Source: an uncultured bacterium
GTDB taxonomy: Bacteria > Bacillota > Clostridia > Oscillospirales > CAG-272
Assembly (NCBI GenBank): GCA_949293405.1
Contig: CASFDI010000067.1
Span: 534 to 64,533 of the forward strand
Direction: 5' to 3'
Length of the DNA stretch: 64,000 nucleotides
Below the pieces are notes generated by a model. That model was not told the DNA's origin and ran no database searches. It was given only the letters and a program-made list of their open reading frames with translations. Shown here piece by piece: positions 62,447 to 64,000 of this stretch (its first letter is position 1; each line of letters opens with the position of its first letter). The position numbers were made by a program, and so were the translations under genes.

Positions 62447-62480
62447 CCGGTGAGGCATGTCCCATGCCTCACCGGTTTAT
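62447..62480 (+). terminator. terminator hairpin closing the nine-gene operon (weak U-tract)
   Basis: 13-bp perfect stem CCGGTGAGGCATG/CATGCCTCACCGG with loop TCC, followed by TTTATAAA. Confidence 0.6.
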
Positions 62481-62492
62481 AAAGGAGCACTT

Positions 62493-63779
62493 ATGAAACC
62501 GGATGACAAACTGTATTCCGCATACCTGCAGATTCTGCATGAAGAACTGATCTGCGCGATGGGCTGTACGGAACCGATTGCGGTAGCCTACGCGGCGGCA
62601 CTTGCGCGTCGCACACTGGGCGCAGTACCTGAAGCAGTAACCGTATCGGTCAGCGGAAACATCCTGAAAAATGTAAAAAGCGTGATCGTCCCGCACACCG
62701 GCGGCCTGCGCGGCATCCCTGCGGCAACCGCGGCGGGGATTGTGATGGGCAATCCGGATCGGCAGCTGGAGGTTCTGGCGGACGCGAATGCTTCCCTGCT
62801 CCCCGCCATCCGTCAATACATGGAGGAAGTCCCCATAGCAGTCCGGCACGATGAGGGTCCTTATATTTTCAGCATCTGCGTGTCCGTGAAAGCAGGAGAG
62901 GATACCGCAGAGGTGCGCATTGTAGGTCACCACACCAATGTGGTACGGATAAAGAAGAACGATACCGTACTGATGGAAAAAGAACCCGAAGCCCCCACCA
63001 CCGACACCCTGACCGACCGCTCACAGCTGTCGGTAGAGGGGATTGTCGCCTTTGCAGACTGCCTGCGGGAAGAAGATGTCGCGGACCTGTTTGAAAGGCA
63101 GATTTCCTGCAACATGGCGATTGCGGCAGAAGGACTGCGCGGCAATTGGGGGGCCAATATCGGAAAAGTTCTGCTCTCGGTATACGGCGATGATGTCAAG
63201 ATCCGCGCGCGCGCCATGGCGGCGGCAGGATCGGACGCACGGATGAACGGCTGCGAAATGCCGGTCGTCATCAACAGCGGCAGCGGTAACCAGGGCATCG
63301 CTGCCAGCGTGCCGGTGGTCGTCTATGCACAGGAGTTGGGTGTAGACCGCCCGATGCTCTACCGTGCGCTGGCTGTCTCCAATCTGTGCGCCATCCACAT
63401 GAAGACCGGTATCGGCACACTGTCCGCCTACTGTGGTGCGGCAAGCGCGGGTGTCGCGGCAGGCGCAGGCATCTCCTATCTGACCGGTGGCGACCTGCGC
63501 GAGATTTCTCATACCCTGGTCAACGGAGTTGCCATTGTTTCCGGCCTGATCTGTGACGGAGCAAAAGCATCCTGCGCAGCCAAGATCGCCACTGCGGTAG
63601 ATGCCGGAATCCTGAGTCTATACATGTTCCGTCAGGGCAACCAGTTCCGCGGCGGCGAAGGGATTGTAAAAAAAGGAGTGGAAAACACCATCCACAATGT
63701 CGGCAAACTGGCACATGACGGCATGTGCGGAACCGACCGGGAGATCATTTCCCTGATGCTGGACGACGCTCGTACATAA
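62493..63779 (+). CDS. L-cysteine desulfidase family protein (UPF0597/YhaM, serine-dehydratase-alpha-like)
   Basis: The N-terminal motif ICAMGCTEPIAVAYAAALA and 428-aa length fit the family. RBS AAAGGAG before the ATG at 62493. Confidence 0.75.
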   Translation: MKPDDKLYSAYLQILHEELICAMGCTEPIAVAYAAALARRTLGAVPEAVTVSVSGNILKNVKSVIVPHTGGLRGIPAATAAGIVMGNPDRQLEVLADANASLLPAIRQYMEEVPIAVRHDEGPYIFSICVSVKAGEDTAEVRIVGHHTNVVRIKKNDTVLMEKEPEAPTTDTLTDRSQLSVEGIVAFADCLREEDVADLFERQISCNMAIAAEGLRGNWGANIGKVLLSVYGDDVKIRARAMAAAGSDARMNGCEMPVVINSGSGNQGIAASVPVVVYAQELGVDRPMLYRALAVSNLCAIHMKTGIGTLSAYCGAASAGVAAGAGISYLTGGDLREISHTLVNGVAIVSGLICDGAKASCAAKIATAVDAGILSLYMFRQGNQFRGGEGIVKKGVENTIHNVGKLAHDGMCGTDREIISLMLDDART

Positions 63780-63780
63780 C

Positions 63781-63835
63781 AAAAAAACAGTCAAGTCACC
63801 CGCCCCGTGCCGCATGCGGCACGGAGCGGGTGACT
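63781..63835. terminator. long composite hairpin between convergent genes
   Basis: The outer stem AAGTCACCCGC/GCGGGTGACTT encloses CCGTGCCGC-at-GCGGCACGG. An A7 run lies on the plus-strand 5' side, which is a T7 after the hairpin on the minus strand. Confidence 0.65.
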
Positions 63836-63865
63836 TCTATGAAACTGCCCCTCCGACGGATCCGC

Positions 63866-64000
63866 TTACCGGGCGAAGAACCTGCCATTCTCCGCATCCT
63901 GCATCAGCTGCTCAGCGTACTCCGCGCCCAACGCCGATACGATATCGTAAGCCGAATAAAAGGAACGGCCGCCAAGCGTGCACGGCCGCAGTGGTTCCTC
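63866..64000 (-). CDS. 3' end of an unidentified gene (partial, runs off the window)
   Basis: Open frame to the window edge, ending ...DAENGRFFAR-stop (TAA at 63868-63866), followed by the hairpin and T-run. Only 44 codons are visible and I could not call a family. Confidence 0.35.
   Translation of the reverse strand, partial: EEPLRPCTLGGRSFYSAYDIVSALGAEYAEQLMQDAENGRFFAR

Noticed and set aside
1-64000. I looked for CRISPR arrays, IS or transposase genes, integrases, phage genes, tRNA and rRNA genes, and toxin-antitoxin pairs.
   Set aside because: I saw no spaced direct-repeat arrays, no inverted terminal repeats flanking ORFs, no recombinase-like products in the ORF track, and no cloverleaf-like or rRNA-like conserved blocks in the intergenic regions. 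This was a visual scan only; tRNAscan or Infernal would be needed to be definitive.

Overview
This is a 64-kb chromosomal window from a GC-rich, anaerobic, spore-forming Firmicutes/Clostridia-type genome. That assignment is an inference from a T-box leader, a TPP riboswitch with ECF-type ThiT, an NfnAB-like pair, rubrerythrin and a SleB-type hydrolase. I support about 60 protein genes, nearly all housekeeping or transport, plus RNase P RNA, an Asn T-box leader, a TPP riboswitch, and a set of near-consensus sigma-A-type promoters and intrinsic terminators. I saw no rRNA, tRNA, CRISPR array, IS element or prophage. Many ORF-track entries are antisense shadow ORFs or upstream extensions of real genes; I re-placed starts by RBS and family N-termini. 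The most interesting candidates are: (1) A nine-gene operon at about 53.0-62.5 kb. It has a family-5 (Opp/Dpp/Nik-type) ABC importer bracketed by lipocalin-like lipoproteins and followed by a Cys-rich/ChuX-HutX-like fusion protein. It may be a tetrapyrrole or metal-chelate acquisition system. (2) An AraC-controlled operon that joins two xylose-isomerase-like TIM barrels and a Gfo/Idh/MocA oxidoreductase to UxuA and a UxuB-like reductase. (3) A promoter, structured leader and terminator in front of an orphan Na+-decarboxylase beta/gamma pair next to NhaC. (4) A two-component/ABC detoxification module with a triple direct-repeat operator. (5) Smaller oddities: an A12 tract inside a promoter spacer, a homopolymer frameshift, and a glycosylase-DUF3006 fusion. 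All family assignments come from reading motifs by eye. No database search, HMM, covariance model or folding program was run.
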